The notes under the pieces were generated by a model, which saw only the letters and a list, made by a program, of their open reading frames with translations, was not told the origin of the DNA and did not search any database. DNA of 64,000 nt, from assembly GCA_024654525.1 (NCBI GenBank), contig JANLHI010000032.1, positions 172 to 64,171 on the forward strand. The letters are read 5' to 3'. Of the stretch, positions 1 through 9,245 are shown one piece after another (the first letter of the stretch is position 1; each line of letters starts with the position of its first letter). The position numbers were made by a program, and so were the translations under genes. The stretch is from Patescibacteria group bacterium (GTDB taxonomy: Bacteria > Patescibacteriota > Minisyncoccia > UBA6257 > 2-01-FULL-56-20).

Positions 1-55
1 CGCTTACCACGGAACCACGGGGCACCGCCGAAACTCGGATGCATTTGATTGTGCA

Positions 56-92
56 ACAAAATAAACAGCCCTTGGGATTCCCTCGGGCTGTT
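56..92 (-). terminator. Candidate rho-independent terminator for a minus-strand gene that lies upstream of the window. Hairpin acagccc/gggctgt, followed on the minus strand by a T-rich tract.
   Basis: Inverted repeat aacagccc-ttgggattccctc-gggctgtt at about 64-92. The reverse complement is followed by ttttattttgtt. Confidence 0.35.
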
Positions 93-258
93 TGCATTAC
101 TGCATGCTCGCATGATTCACTACACCATTCGACGATCGTCGAATGGTGTAGTGAATTCGAAAAACTTCAATCCAATCCAGCCCAACCCCATCCGCACAAC
201 ATCCCCACGTGTGGTATTGTGGAAACAGTTGTTTGTAAACCTTAACCCCTCTCTAATT

Positions 259-837
259 ATGATGAGAAACGAACAAGACGAAGCACAGATTCTGGAAGCA
301 ATTGCGGGACTTGGCAATCCAGAACTTCATCAAATCGCGAAAAAAATCGCGGCACTTATCCCTGAAGGACCACTCCGAAGCCAAACCGCCGTGCGGCTTT
401 TGGGTGCCATCGCCGCATTCGCAAAAATAAGAAACCCGAAAGGCCCAGTGATAACCGCGCTCGCCGCAAAATTGAACGACCTCGTGCAGCTCTTCGGGGG
501 CGAACTCTTCGACTCGAGCGGAAACGTGCGAAAAAAGAATATTTCCTCATGGCGGGAACCATTCATAGCGAGCGTCCCGGAACGTCTTGCGGAAGCGGGA
601 CGCACCAGCGAAGCGGACATCGCCGACAAGCTCAAGGCAGAAGCAGGTGAAATGCTTGCGCTTGAAGAGATGCTCTATCCTCCCGGCGAGAAACCCACGC
701 CTTTTGATTGGGACGTCTGTTTCAAAAATACGTGGGGTGAGATGGAGAATGTGTTCGCTGCGGCGACACCTACAGTCGGACGATTCGCCAATTGGGCGGA
801 AACGCTACCGGGGGCACGGCGGCGCGACACACGATAA
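259..837 (+). CDS. Hypothetical protein. The listed ORF starts at 49, but an internal start near 259 (MMRNEQ...) is more plausible because a hairpin terminator occupies 56-92.
   Basis: Uninterrupted ORF, Ala/Leu-rich, no recognisable motif. Local GC looks higher than the surroundings. Confidence 0.35.
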   Translation: MMRNEQDEAQILEAIAGLGNPELHQIAKKIAALIPEGPLRSQTAVRLLGAIAAFAKIRNPKGPVITALAAKLNDLVQLFGGELFDSSGNVRKKNISSWREPFIASVPERLAEAGRTSEADIADKLKAEAGEMLALEEMLYPPGEKPTPFDWDVCFKNTWGEMENVFAAATPTVGRFANWAETLPGARRRDTR

Positions 838-956
838 CGATTACCATGACAACACAACGGCCTCTTTGGAAAATTCCAAAGAGGCCGTTTGAATTCGCAC
901 TAATATGGGGAGGTTCAACCTTGCCAAGTAAGAAGGTTGAACCTCTCTCTCCGGAC

Positions 957-3410
957 TCAAATCACCACAATCCCCGCAATCCGGTCTTCCTTGTCTACAT
1001 TCATAATGCGCACACCTTGTGCGGCGCGTCCGGTTTCGCGTACACTCTTCAATTCCGTGCGGATTACTTGTCCTTTTGCGGAGAGAGCAAGCATTTCTGT
1101 TTCTTCGCTGATTACCGATCCCACCACTACTTTCCCCGTCTTCGCAGTTACATTCGCGGTGCGGATTCCTGAACCGCCACGGCTCTGTGTTTTATATTCC
1201 TTAAGAGAAGTACGCTTCCCGAACCCCCGTTCCATAACGGTCAAAAGCTGCGCCTTGTCTCCTTTTTTCACGATATCGAATCCCGCAACCGCGTCTCCCG
1301 AGCGAAGCCGGATGCCTCGCACTCCTGCAGCGCTCCGCCCCATGTCGCGTACTTGGGATTCTGCAAAACGGATGGACTGCCCTTGGTCGGTTACAAGCAT
1401 TACCTGATCATCTCCTTTCGAAGGACGCACCCAGTTGAGCGTATCTCCTTTTTTTAGCGCGATTGCGACAATGCCGTTCCTGCGAATATTTTCAAATTCC
1501 TTAAGCGGCGTTTTTTTGATTACGCCATTCTTTGTAACCATCATAAGAAACTTTGCGGTATTTGTTGCGTCTTTCTTTGTGGGAAGATTTACGATCGCAT
1601 TTACATTCTCGCCTGTGGAGAGTTCCAGAAAATTATGAATCGCTTTCCCTTTTGCGGTGCGGCTCGCGGCGGGGATTTCGTACGCGCGCGTTTCAAACAC
1701 TCGTCCGCGATCGGTAAAGAACAAAATCCTGTCATGCGTGTTTGCGTGGAAAAAGTGTATGAGAAAATCTTCGTCCGCCACATCGGACCCGATCAATCCC
1801 TTTCCTCCGCGCCGTTGAATTTTGAACGAATCCGGTGGTACCCGTTTTACATATCCGCTTGATGAAAAGGTTACGATCGCTTCTTCCTCGGGAACAAGAT
1901 CTTCATCAGTCATTTCTTTGAGCGCGGACTGCACCACTTTTGTACGGCGGGGCTCACTGTACTTTGTCTTAAGTTCCTTAAGTTCATCTTTAATCACCGT
2001 AAGCATTTTTGAAGGACTCTTCAAAATTGCCGTAAGATCCTTTATTAGCGCGCGTTTTTCTTTGAGTTCATCATCAATTTTCTTTCTCTCGAGTGCCGCA
2101 AGTGTTTGAAGCCTCATTTCCAAAATCGCCGTTGCTTGCAATGCGGACAGTTTAAAATTTTTTACAAGATTCACGTGCGCCTCGTCTTTATCTTTCGATT
2201 TCCGAATAGTGGATATAATTTTATCAATCACATCGAGCGCCTTTGCGAGACCCTCTAGGATATGCGCCCTCTCCTCCGCTTTTCTTAAATCGAACTGCGT
2301 TCTCCTGCGAATAATTTCTTTACGATGTGCGATGTACGCAAGTAAAATTTCTTTTAATGAAAAAAGTTCCGGTTGAATACCGTCGCGAAGCGCAATCATA
2401 TTGAAATGGAAATCCTTCTGCAAATCCGAGCTTCGGTACAACTGATTTAGTACTTTTTGTGGAGCGGCGTCATTTTTAAGCTCTACCACTATCCGCATTC
2501 CTTCGCGGTCGGACTCGTCGCGGAGATCACGGATACCCTCCAAGCGCTTGTCCTGCACCAGCTCGGCAATGTGTTTTATCAATTCTGATTTGTTTACCTG
2601 ATAAGGAATCTCTGTCACTACAATATCAAACCCGCCACTGCGACTTCCCTCGCTTCCCTTTTTTCGCTCTACAATTTCCGCTTTCGCACGAATAGTTACA
2701 CCCCCTCGTCCCGTGCTATACGCAGTGCGAATTGCCGTACGATCATAAATAATACCTCCCGTCGGGAAATCGGGTCCCTTCACAAACTCCAACAACTCGT
2801 CGGGCGTTGCGGAAGGATTATCCGTAAGAAGTAATGTTGCGTCGATAATTTCCACAAGGTTGTGAGGCGGTATGCTTGTCGCCATACCCACCGCAATTCC
2901 CAATGTGCCATTTATCAATAAGTTGGGAAGTTTTGCGGGAAACACTCTCGGTTCTTCGCGAGTTGCGTCATAATTCGGCACCCAATCCACCGTATCTTTT
3001 TCAATATCAAATAACATCTCTTCCGCAATTTTGGAAAGACGCGCCTCAGTGTATCGCATTGCCGCGGGAGAATCACCATCCACACTCCCGAAATTTCCCT
3101 GTCCTTGCACCAACGGATATCGCAGTGAAAAATCCTGCGCCATACGTGCAAGTGTGTCGTAAATCGCCACATCGCCATGCGGATGATATTTTGCCATTGT
3201 TTCACCCACTACATTTGCCGATTTTCTGAACTTTGAAAGATGCGTAAGTCCAATAGACCACATTGTCCACAACACACGCCGATGTACCGGCTTTAACCCG
3301 TCACGCACGTCCGGAAGAGCACGCGCCACAATCACCGACATCGCATAGTCGAGATAAGAGTCTTTCAACTCGGAAGTGATTTCTCTTTTTTGGATATTAG
3401 ACATTGTCAT
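957..3410 (-). CDS. gyrA: DNA gyrase subunit A. The alternative is the ParC paralogue.
   Basis: 817 aa. N-terminus MSNIQ...YLDYAMSVIVARALPDVRDGLKPVHRRVLWTM is the canonical GyrA N-terminal signature. ATG start. Confidence 0.93.
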   Translation of the reverse strand: MTMSNIQKREITSELKDSYLDYAMSVIVARALPDVRDGLKPVHRRVLWTMWSIGLTHLSKFRKSANVVGETMAKYHPHGDVAIYDTLARMAQDFSLRYPLVQGQGNFGSVDGDSPAAMRYTEARLSKIAEEMLFDIEKDTVDWVPNYDATREEPRVFPAKLPNLLINGTLGIAVGMATSIPPHNLVEIIDATLLLTDNPSATPDELLEFVKGPDFPTGGIIYDRTAIRTAYSTGRGGVTIRAKAEIVERKKGSEGSRSGGFDIVVTEIPYQVNKSELIKHIAELVQDKRLEGIRDLRDESDREGMRIVVELKNDAAPQKVLNQLYRSSDLQKDFHFNMIALRDGIQPELFSLKEILLAYIAHRKEIIRRRTQFDLRKAEERAHILEGLAKALDVIDKIISTIRKSKDKDEAHVNLVKNFKLSALQATAILEMRLQTLAALERKKIDDELKEKRALIKDLTAILKSPSKMLTVIKDELKELKTKYSEPRRTKVVQSALKEMTDEDLVPEEEAIVTFSSSGYVKRVPPDSFKIQRRGGKGLIGSDVADEDFLIHFFHANTHDRILFFTDRGRVFETRAYEIPAASRTAKGKAIHNFLELSTGENVNAIVNLPTKKDATNTAKFLMMVTKNGVIKKTPLKEFENIRRNGIVAIALKKGDTLNWVRPSKGDDQVMLVTDQGQSIRFAESQVRDMGRSAAGVRGIRLRSGDAVAGFDIVKKGDKAQLLTVMERGFGKRTSLKEYKTQSRGGSGIRTANVTAKTGKVVVGSVISEETEMLALSAKGQVIRTELKSVRETGRAAQGVRIMNVDKEDRIAGIVVI

Positions 3411-3444
3411 GTATGCACCCTATCGCACATTCCTTACTACAGTA

Positions 3445-3765
3445 TTATTCAAGCGGTTTAATAATATATTCCTTTGGTGATTGCAATGCCCCCGCGACCC
3501 ACTGAATACTTCCCCATATATTTTGATATACCACCGCACTTCCCCGTTTCATTGTACTTAAAATCGTTGAGTGACTCTCCGTGGGAACATTTTCCGCAAC
3601 ATCCGTTGATGTATCACTTACGCTTGCAACAATATTATTGAAATACATAAGCCATACATACACAATCACCAACATAATTACCAACGAACTTATTATGAGA
3701 AACTTCCTCTTTGCCGTGTCGTCGGATTCTTGAAGCTTGCGTAAAAAACTCCCCATTGTTTTCAC
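3445..3765 (-). CDS. Small single-pass membrane protein, hypothetical.
   Basis: 106 aa with one strong hydrophobic helix (LIISSLVIMLVIVYVWLMYF). Start abuts the stop of the upstream MBL-fold gene. Confidence 0.4.
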   Translation of the reverse strand: MKTMGSFLRKLQESDDTAKRKFLIISSLVIMLVIVYVWLMYFNNIVASVSDTSTDVAENVPTESHSTILSTMKRGSAVVYQNIWGSIQWVAGALQSPKEYIIKPLE

Positions 3766-3766
3766 G

Positions 3767-4372
3767 CTACGATGCCTTAAGCCCTATAACCTTTGTACCC
3801 TCAATCACGTCCAAATCTTTCTTCTTAAACACAAACTTATCTTCAAGCGCGCCATCCTCCCCCATTTCCTTCAAAAATGCTTGTGGAGATTTTTCATACG
3901 CGGGCACCACCAACTTCGGCTCAAGTTGTCGTACCACTTTTTCAGCCGCTTCATCAGTGAGATAATTATTTCCCAACCGAAGAAACACCACATCTATTTC
4001 ATTTAATTTTTCGAGTAGCTCCGTATCTAATACCCGGCCAAGAGAACCGAGAAACGCAAACGTTATTCCCTCCCACCGCACAAGGTACGCGGTGTGTATC
4101 CGTTGATTTTTTCCGTCAACGCCAAGAGATACCCCGGTCACTTCCACTCCTTTGGACTCGTATTCTCCCGGAAACGTAATTTCCGTCTGCGCACCGAGCT
4201 CATCACCTTCTCCGGGAACCGGCGCATCCGTTTTAAGGATGATATCGCCCTTAAGCCGATTTGACGTCGGATCAACCAATACCGATATTTCACCGCTCTG
4301 TACGCGGAACGAACCTTCTCCGAAATAAGTGATAACCACGGGGATAGTATAGCGCCTTGCATCCCAAATCAC
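3767..4372 (-). CDS. Metallo-beta-lactamase-fold protein, COG2220-like. The HxHxDH metal motif appears degenerate.
   Basis: N-terminal ITYFGEGSFRVQSGEISVLVDP matches the MBL first beta-strand pattern. The expected HxHxDH position reads ILKTDAPVPGEGD. Confidence 0.5.
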   Translation of the reverse strand: MIWDARRYTIPVVITYFGEGSFRVQSGEISVLVDPTSNRLKGDIILKTDAPVPGEGDELGAQTEITFPGEYESKGVEVTGVSLGVDGKNQRIHTAYLVRWEGITFAFLGSLGRVLDTELLEKLNEIDVVFLRLGNNYLTDEAAEKVVRQLEPKLVVPAYEKSPQAFLKEMGEDGALEDKFVFKKKDLDVIEGTKVIGLKAS

Positions 4373-4533
4373 AAGGGTTCATCGCCTCTTTTTTACTCTC
4401 TACTACGCTCTATTATTGTACAGTACCTTCTCTCTTTTTTTCATCATTATCCCCCGAAAAGATCCATCCACCACAATCCACGCCATCCGCAAAACTTGCA
4501 TTTCTTATATATGTTCGTATAATCTCGAAACAT

Positions 4534-5628
4534 ATGGCGGAAATAGTAAAACCAGCTGGCACCACTCTCCTCGACGCGCTTAAAGCCGCAGTGCCAAGCA
4601 ATGAATGGCCGAAAGAAGGCAATATCACCGAAGTGACATTGCTCAATAAAACAGACCGCAAAGCTTTCTTTGACATGGGGAAATTCGGCACCGGCATTGT
4701 ATGGGGAATAGAAATGATGAATGCGCGCGAAATAGTAAAAGGACTCCAGTCGGGCGACAAATGTCTTGCAAAGATAAAGACAATCGAATCAGAAGAAGGA
4801 TATATTGAACTGTCTCTTGCTGAAGCGGGAAAAGAACGTTTGTGGCAACAAGCCAAAGATCTCCTGGAATCGGGAGAACTTGCGAAGGTGAAAATCATAG
4901 GCGCAAATGCGGGAGGATTGACCGCGTCGCTGTTTGATTTAAAAGCGTTTCTTCCGGTATCTCAACTCTCTCAAGAACATTACCCACGCGTAGAAGATGG
5001 CGATCGTCAGAAAATATTTGATGAACTTAAAAAATTTATTGGTGAAGAACTTACCGTGAAGATTATCGACGTAAATCCCCGTACCAATAAATTCATTATC
5101 TCCGAGCGTGAAGTTGCAAATAATAATGTAAAAGAACTCCTTAAGAAATATAAAGCTGGCGATGAGATTCAAGGAATCGTTACTGGTATCGCGGATTTTG
5201 GGGCGTTTGTACGGTTTATAGACGAACCCCAGCTTGAAGGACTTATTCACATCTCCGAACTTGCACACACGGTAGTAGATAATCCGAAAGAGATATTAAA
5301 AGTGGATGAAACGGTAACGGCAAAGGTAATCGACATCCGAGAAGACGGAAGAATATTCCTTTCGCTTAAAGCACTTCTTCCCGATCCGTGGCTTACCATC
5401 GGAGATCGCTTTAAAAAGGGAGATGATGTAGAAGGAACCGCATATACATTGAATCCTTTTGGTGGTGTTATCGATATGGGAAACGGAATTCAAGGCATGG
5501 TACACATTTCCGAATTTGAATCTGCAGATGCAATGAAGCAGAATCTCACTCCCGGGAGTAAACATTATTTTACTGTTGAATTAGTGAAGCCGGAAGAGCG
5601 CAGAATCGTATTAAAACTGAAGAAGTAG
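4534..5628 (+). CDS. rpsA: 30S ribosomal protein S1-like protein with tandem S1 RNA-binding domains.
   Basis: 364 aa from ATG 4534 (MAEIVKPAG...). Repeated S1-domain-like blocks (GIVTGIADFGAFVRF, GTAYTLNPFGGVIDMGNGIQGMVHISE). The listed ORF start at 4357 adds a non-conserved hydrophobic leader. A tataat lies at 4517-4522. Confidence 0.75.
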   Translation: MAEIVKPAGTTLLDALKAAVPSNEWPKEGNITEVTLLNKTDRKAFFDMGKFGTGIVWGIEMMNAREIVKGLQSGDKCLAKIKTIESEEGYIELSLAEAGKERLWQQAKDLLESGELAKVKIIGANAGGLTASLFDLKAFLPVSQLSQEHYPRVEDGDRQKIFDELKKFIGEELTVKIIDVNPRTNKFIISEREVANNNVKELLKKYKAGDEIQGIVTGIADFGAFVRFIDEPQLEGLIHISELAHTVVDNPKEILKVDETVTAKVIDIREDGRIFLSLKALLPDPWLTIGDRFKKGDDVEGTAYTLNPFGGVIDMGNGIQGMVHISEFESADAMKQNLTPGSKHYFTVELVKPEERRIVLKLKK

Positions 5629-5705
5629 TAAGTAGGGAAACGTAAATAATACGCTTTACTTTAGCGTGTAAATTCTATATCCTAGCTTTTAGATTCTTTT
5701 GTATT

Positions 5706-5780
5706 GCCGCGGTAGCTCAGTGGTAGAGCATTCGCCTGAAGAGCGATTGGTCGGGTGTTCGATTCACCCCCGCGGCACCA
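5706..5780 (+). tRNA. tRNA-Phe (anticodon GAA).
   Basis: Hand-folded cloverleaf. Acceptor gccgcgg/ccgcggc, anticodon loop CTGAAGA, T-arm GGGTG-TTCGATT-CACCC, CCA encoded. Confidence 0.9.
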
Positions 5781-5946
5781 AATAACTTAATTTAAGAGTG
5801 TTTTCTCTTGCCAGTATTCATAATCAACACTTTCTTATTCTTTGGAAATCTACTCTCTAACTGAAGAACAAGAATATCAGCGCAAACCTCGCCGAAGACG
5901 GGCGAGCGAGTAGTAAAACTCCTCTGAAATTTCAAAATGTTTGAAT

Positions 5947-6020
5947 TGGTCGGGCTGCTGGGAATTGAACCCAGTCTACCTGCTCCCAAAGCAGGCGTAC
6001 TACCGGTATACGACAGCCCG
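5947..6020 (-). tRNA. tRNA-Pro (anticodon TGG).
   Basis: Reverse complement folds. Acceptor cgggctg/cagcccg, anticodon stem cctgc/gcagg with loop TTTGGGA, T-arm ctggg-ttcaatt-cccag, CCA encoded. Confidence 0.85.
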
Positions 6021-6175
6021 TCTTCACTGAATTTTCGGTCGCACGCCGCCATAGCTCCGGCGACGACGCGCGGGTAAACCCGCTTATGCATTTCCGGATT
6101 GTGATGAGTAAACTCATCACAACTTATAGACCACTTCAAATTACGCTACTTTTAAGCTAGAATCAACCGCGTTGA

Positions 6176-6250
6176 GCCCCCGTAGCTCAATGGATAGAGC
6201 AACGCTCTTCTAAGGCGCTGATGTGGGTTCGATTCCTACCGGGGGCACCA
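6176..6250 (+). tRNA. tRNA-Arg (anticodon TCT).
   Basis: Acceptor gcccccg/cgggggc, anticodon loop CTTCTAA, T-arm gtggg-ttcgatt-cctac, CCA encoded. Confidence 0.85.
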
Positions 6251-6370
6251 AGTGGAAAAACACCGGCTCGCCTGCCCGCCGAAACTTTAGTGAAGGAGGG
6301 AACCATATTTTAATTTTGGGGGAAGAAAATTTTTTAATCATAAAGTCGAAAATTATTAGCTAATAAACAT

Positions 6371-7057
6371 ATGAACATGAACCAAAAAGGATTTGCAAAC
6401 ATAGTTCTCATTGTCTTGGTTGTTGTTTTGGTGGGAGTAGTCGGATATTTAACATTAAGCAAAAAATTTACCTCTCCAACCCCAACACCCGAACAAACAA
6501 ACCAAAATACGACTACTCCACCCCCTGCTTCGAATAACCAAGCAACTAGCTGGCAAACATATCGAAGTACAAAATTTGGGATAGAGCTAAAGTATCTGGC
6601 TGATATTTTTGTAGTCCAAGGTGATGACCAGTATTCTAAAACTCTCGACCTCATGGATAAAAGGTACGCTGGTAAAAATGTAGACTTTGCTACTGTGCCA
6701 AACCATTTTTCTGCTGACCTCGCCAAAGATAACAGCGTTGATTCTCTGATTGAAGGGGAGCGAGTATTTTTCTCTTCTCCAAAAAGCCAAGTAACTATTC
6801 TTCGGACGGAAGAAATAAAAATAGACGGAGTGAGAGCTGTTAAAGTCACGACTGGAGATAAAAATACAAAAATTGAAAAAGGATTTTTTATTGTTGCACA
6901 ATTACCACGACTAGTAACCATCCCTTTTCCTCCGTCTGTGACGGTGCAACCGGGCGAACCGAATTCCCACACATACAATCTCGTTTCGTTCAGTGGAAAA
7001 GCAGAAACGGCAGGAGTTATTGATAAGATTGTTGAAAGCATAAAATTTTTGAAATAG
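6371..7057 (+). CDS. Hypothetical membrane-anchored or secreted protein with a prepilin-like N-terminus.
   Basis: 228 aa. MNMNQKG|FANIVLIVLVVVLVGVVGY is a short basic leader ending in G followed by F and a long hydrophobic helix, but with no Glu at +5. Thr/Pro-rich linker. The antisense 316-aa ORF 6334..7284 is judged spurious. Confidence 0.5.
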   Translation: MNMNQKGFANIVLIVLVVVLVGVVGYLTLSKKFTSPTPTPEQTNQNTTTPPPASNNQATSWQTYRSTKFGIELKYLADIFVVQGDDQYSKTLDLMDKRYAGKNVDFATVPNHFSADLAKDNSVDSLIEGERVFFSSPKSQVTILRTEEIKIDGVRAVKVTTGDKNTKIEKGFFIVAQLPRLVTIPFPPSVTVQPGEPNSHTYNLVSFSGKAETAGVIDKIVESIKFLK

Positions 7058-7265
7058 TTTTTTGAATCTGCCGCCAAAGAAAAACTTGAAAAGCGGTGTG
7101 GTTTACTTCGACTTGGTTCGACATTGCTCACCACAAGTCGCTCAGTACAAGCCGCCGCAGGCGGCGAAATGCGTTCGGACTCATTCAAGAATACTGTCAC
7201 GCGATGGCAAAGAAAATCCAAAATCCTGCCATCTGTAGAATTACTAATTAAACAAAGAAAAAAAC

Positions 7266-7799
7266 ATGGACCCACAAATACCATTAACCAAAAAAGAACG
7301 TAAAGAAATTAAACGACAGGAAAAAATAGAAGCCAAAGAATCGGTCGTGCAAACACGCCGCATAAAGAAAATTATCCTGTGGATTGCATGGAGCACATTC
7401 GGCGTTGCTATTATCGCTGGTCTTGTCTGGCTTGTCTCCTCGCAACCTAAAACACCGGAGGATGACATCATCTCTTGGAGTGGTTTTCATTGGCATCCAG
7501 AGCTTGCTATCTATATAAAAGACGAGAAGCAAGAAATCCCAGCTAATATCGGCATTGGTTTGGTTCACCAACCTATTCACACCCATACAGATGATAATAA
7601 ACAAGGAGTCATACATCTAGAGTTTCAAGGGCTTACTCGAAAGCATGATGTATCACTAGGTCAGTTTTTCAAAAACTGGGGCAAAGATATGCGCTCATTC
7701 GGTACAAACATGAAAATGACTGTGAATGGTGAGGAAAATATCGAATACGAAAATTACGTCATGCAGGATAAAGATAAAATCGAATTACGCTTTGATTAG
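7266..7799 (+). CDS. Hypothetical single-pass membrane protein.
   Basis: 177 aa. Lys/Glu-rich N-terminus, then one TM helix (IILWIAWSTFGVAIIAGLVWLV), then a soluble domain containing HWHPELAIYI. Confidence 0.5.
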   Translation: MDPQIPLTKKERKEIKRQEKIEAKESVVQTRRIKKIILWIAWSTFGVAIIAGLVWLVSSQPKTPEDDIISWSGFHWHPELAIYIKDEKQEIPANIGIGLVHQPIHTHTDDNKQGVIHLEFQGLTRKHDVSLGQFFKNWGKDMRSFGTNMKMTVNGEENIEYENYVMQDKDKIELRFD

Positions 7800-7866
7800 A
7801 GTTAGACGCACCCCTGCCAACGATCCCGAAAAGTACGTTGGTTAATTTATAAATTAATTCAAAAAA

Positions 7867-8109
7867 ATGATGGGAAATTACTATGGAAACATGTTCAGTT
7901 GGGGTCTGGGAGGAGGAATTATGATGATTATTTTTTGGGCCGCCATTATCCTCTTCATAGTCTGGATTGTGAGAGAAGTAAGTGGAAGAAATAATTCAGA
8001 CAAGATTGGCCACAGAAAATCAACTCTTGAGATTCTTGAAGAGCGGTACGCAAAAGGCGAGATTGATAAAAAAGAATTCGAGGAAAAGAAAAAGGATTTG
8101 AGCAATTAA
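7867..8109 (+). CDS. SHOCT-domain small membrane protein.
   Basis: 80 aa. One TM helix, then C-terminal STLEILEERYAKGEIDKKEFEEKKKDL, which matches the SHOCT short C-terminal domain pattern. Confidence 0.7.
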   Translation: MMGNYYGNMFSWGLGGGIMMIIFWAAIILFIVWIVREVSGRNNSDKIGHRKSTLEILEERYAKGEIDKKEFEEKKKDLSN

Positions 8110-8132
8110 CAACAATTAAGTATACAAAATAC

Positions 8133-8516
8133 ATGGAATTCGATTACACAATAACTACGGCGAAATCCTTTGACGAAGCGGTTCGAAGCGTCGAGGAAGA
8201 GATTCCCAAAGCTGGCATGCGGGTTTTATATGTTCACGATGTGCAGAAAACTTTAGAGGAAAAGGGCTTTAAGAGAGAGCCGTTCAAGATAGTTGAATTT
8301 TGCAATGCCAAGTTTGCAAGTGAGTTCTTAAACATTGACATCAAGATTGGTCTTTGTCTGCCTTGCAAAATCAACGTGTATACCAAAGATGATCAGACAT
8401 TCATCTCGGGGATGCGACCGATTGTTCTACAACAGTTTTTCCCGCAAGCAAATTTGGGCGAGAGACCAAAAGAAGTTGACCAAGTTATTCAGAATATTAT
8501 TAACAATGCAAAATAA
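8133..8516 (+). CDS. DUF302-family protein.
   Basis: 127 aa. TTAKSFDEAVRSVEEEIPKAGMRVLYVHDVQKTL...IVEFCNAKFASEFL...IGLCLPCKINVY fits the DUF302 signature. Confidence 0.75.
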   Translation: MEFDYTITTAKSFDEAVRSVEEEIPKAGMRVLYVHDVQKTLEEKGFKREPFKIVEFCNAKFASEFLNIDIKIGLCLPCKINVYTKDDQTFISGMRPIVLQQFFPQANLGERPKEVDQVIQNIINNAK

Positions 8517-8530
8517 TTTATATAAAAATT

Positions 8531-8914
8531 ATGGAAAATAATAAACTTGCTATATGGGTTTTACGAATCGCGGTTGCCGGTGAATTCATCGGTCACGGAG
8601 TGTTTGCTTTGCAGGGTAAAAAAGATTGGATTGGCTGGTTTGCCAAATTTGGCGTCTCTGATCCGGAAACAGCTACCCAGCTTCTCTTTATTTTAGGAAT
8701 TATCGATATTGGGTTGGCAATCCTCATTTTAATCAAACCGATTCGCGCCGCTCTTTTATGGATGGTGTTCTGGGGCTTCTGGACCGCGCTTCTCCGTCCG
8801 ATAGTCGGCATGCCTATCTGGGATTTCGTCGAACGCTGGGCTAATTGGGGAGCGCCGTTGGCCTTGCTTTTACTGATTGGCCGGCCAAGAAGTTTCCGAG
8901 AGTGGTGGAGATAG
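8531..8914 (+). CDS. Hypothetical polytopic membrane protein, DoxX-like topology.
   Basis: 127 aa with about four hydrophobic helices. Followed by a perfect 28-nt AT-rich palindrome at 8911-8938. Confidence 0.5.
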   Translation: MENNKLAIWVLRIAVAGEFIGHGVFALQGKKDWIGWFAKFGVSDPETATQLLFILGIIDIGLAILILIKPIRAALLWMVFWGFWTALLRPIVGMPIWDFVERWANWGAPLALLLLIGRPRSFREWWR

Positions 8915-9245
8915 ATTTGCTTAATTAAGCAAATCTATCTGCCGGCAGGCAGGTCATCCCCCGCCTACGCTAAAGCTTCGGGCGGGCAGGCAAGCTCTCA
9001 AATTTGATCTTACGACTCGTCAGTGTCACAAACTGGCACACAAAGCTCTTACTCGCGGTACAAAACTCGCCACAAGGGCAAATACGTGGCAGAAATCGGG
9101 GCGTTTATTTAGAAACCGAAGTGATAGTTTTCTCGCGGTGCCCGAAGGCACGGCGAGCATAGATATCATTCGTTTGTTTTTGGCGTCAGCGTTAAAATCG
9201 CTTATGCTAATATAAAGTCGATTTTATGTTGGTAAAATAAAACAT

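Noticed and set aside
1435-2109. Several plus-strand ORFs of 60-160 aa between 937 and 2109.
   Set aside because: All lie antisense within gyrA. Their low-complexity Ser/Phe/Ile-rich translations are typical of shadow frames.
4357-4533. Extended 423-aa version of the S1 protein starting at 4357.
   Set aside because: The extra 59 N-terminal residues are hydrophobic and non-conserved, and they overlap the divergent MBL gene start. ATG 4534 (MAEIVKP) with an upstream tataat is the credible start.
5792-6139. 115-aa and 62-aa minus-strand ORFs.
   Set aside because: They overlap tRNA-Pro and the tRNA spacer, and their translation spans structured RNA sequence.
6334-7284. 316-aa minus-strand ORF.
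   Set aside because: It is fully antisense to two plus-strand ORFs that have coherent signal-peptide and TM features and sit in a co-directional series. It has no motifs, so it is likely a shadow ORF.
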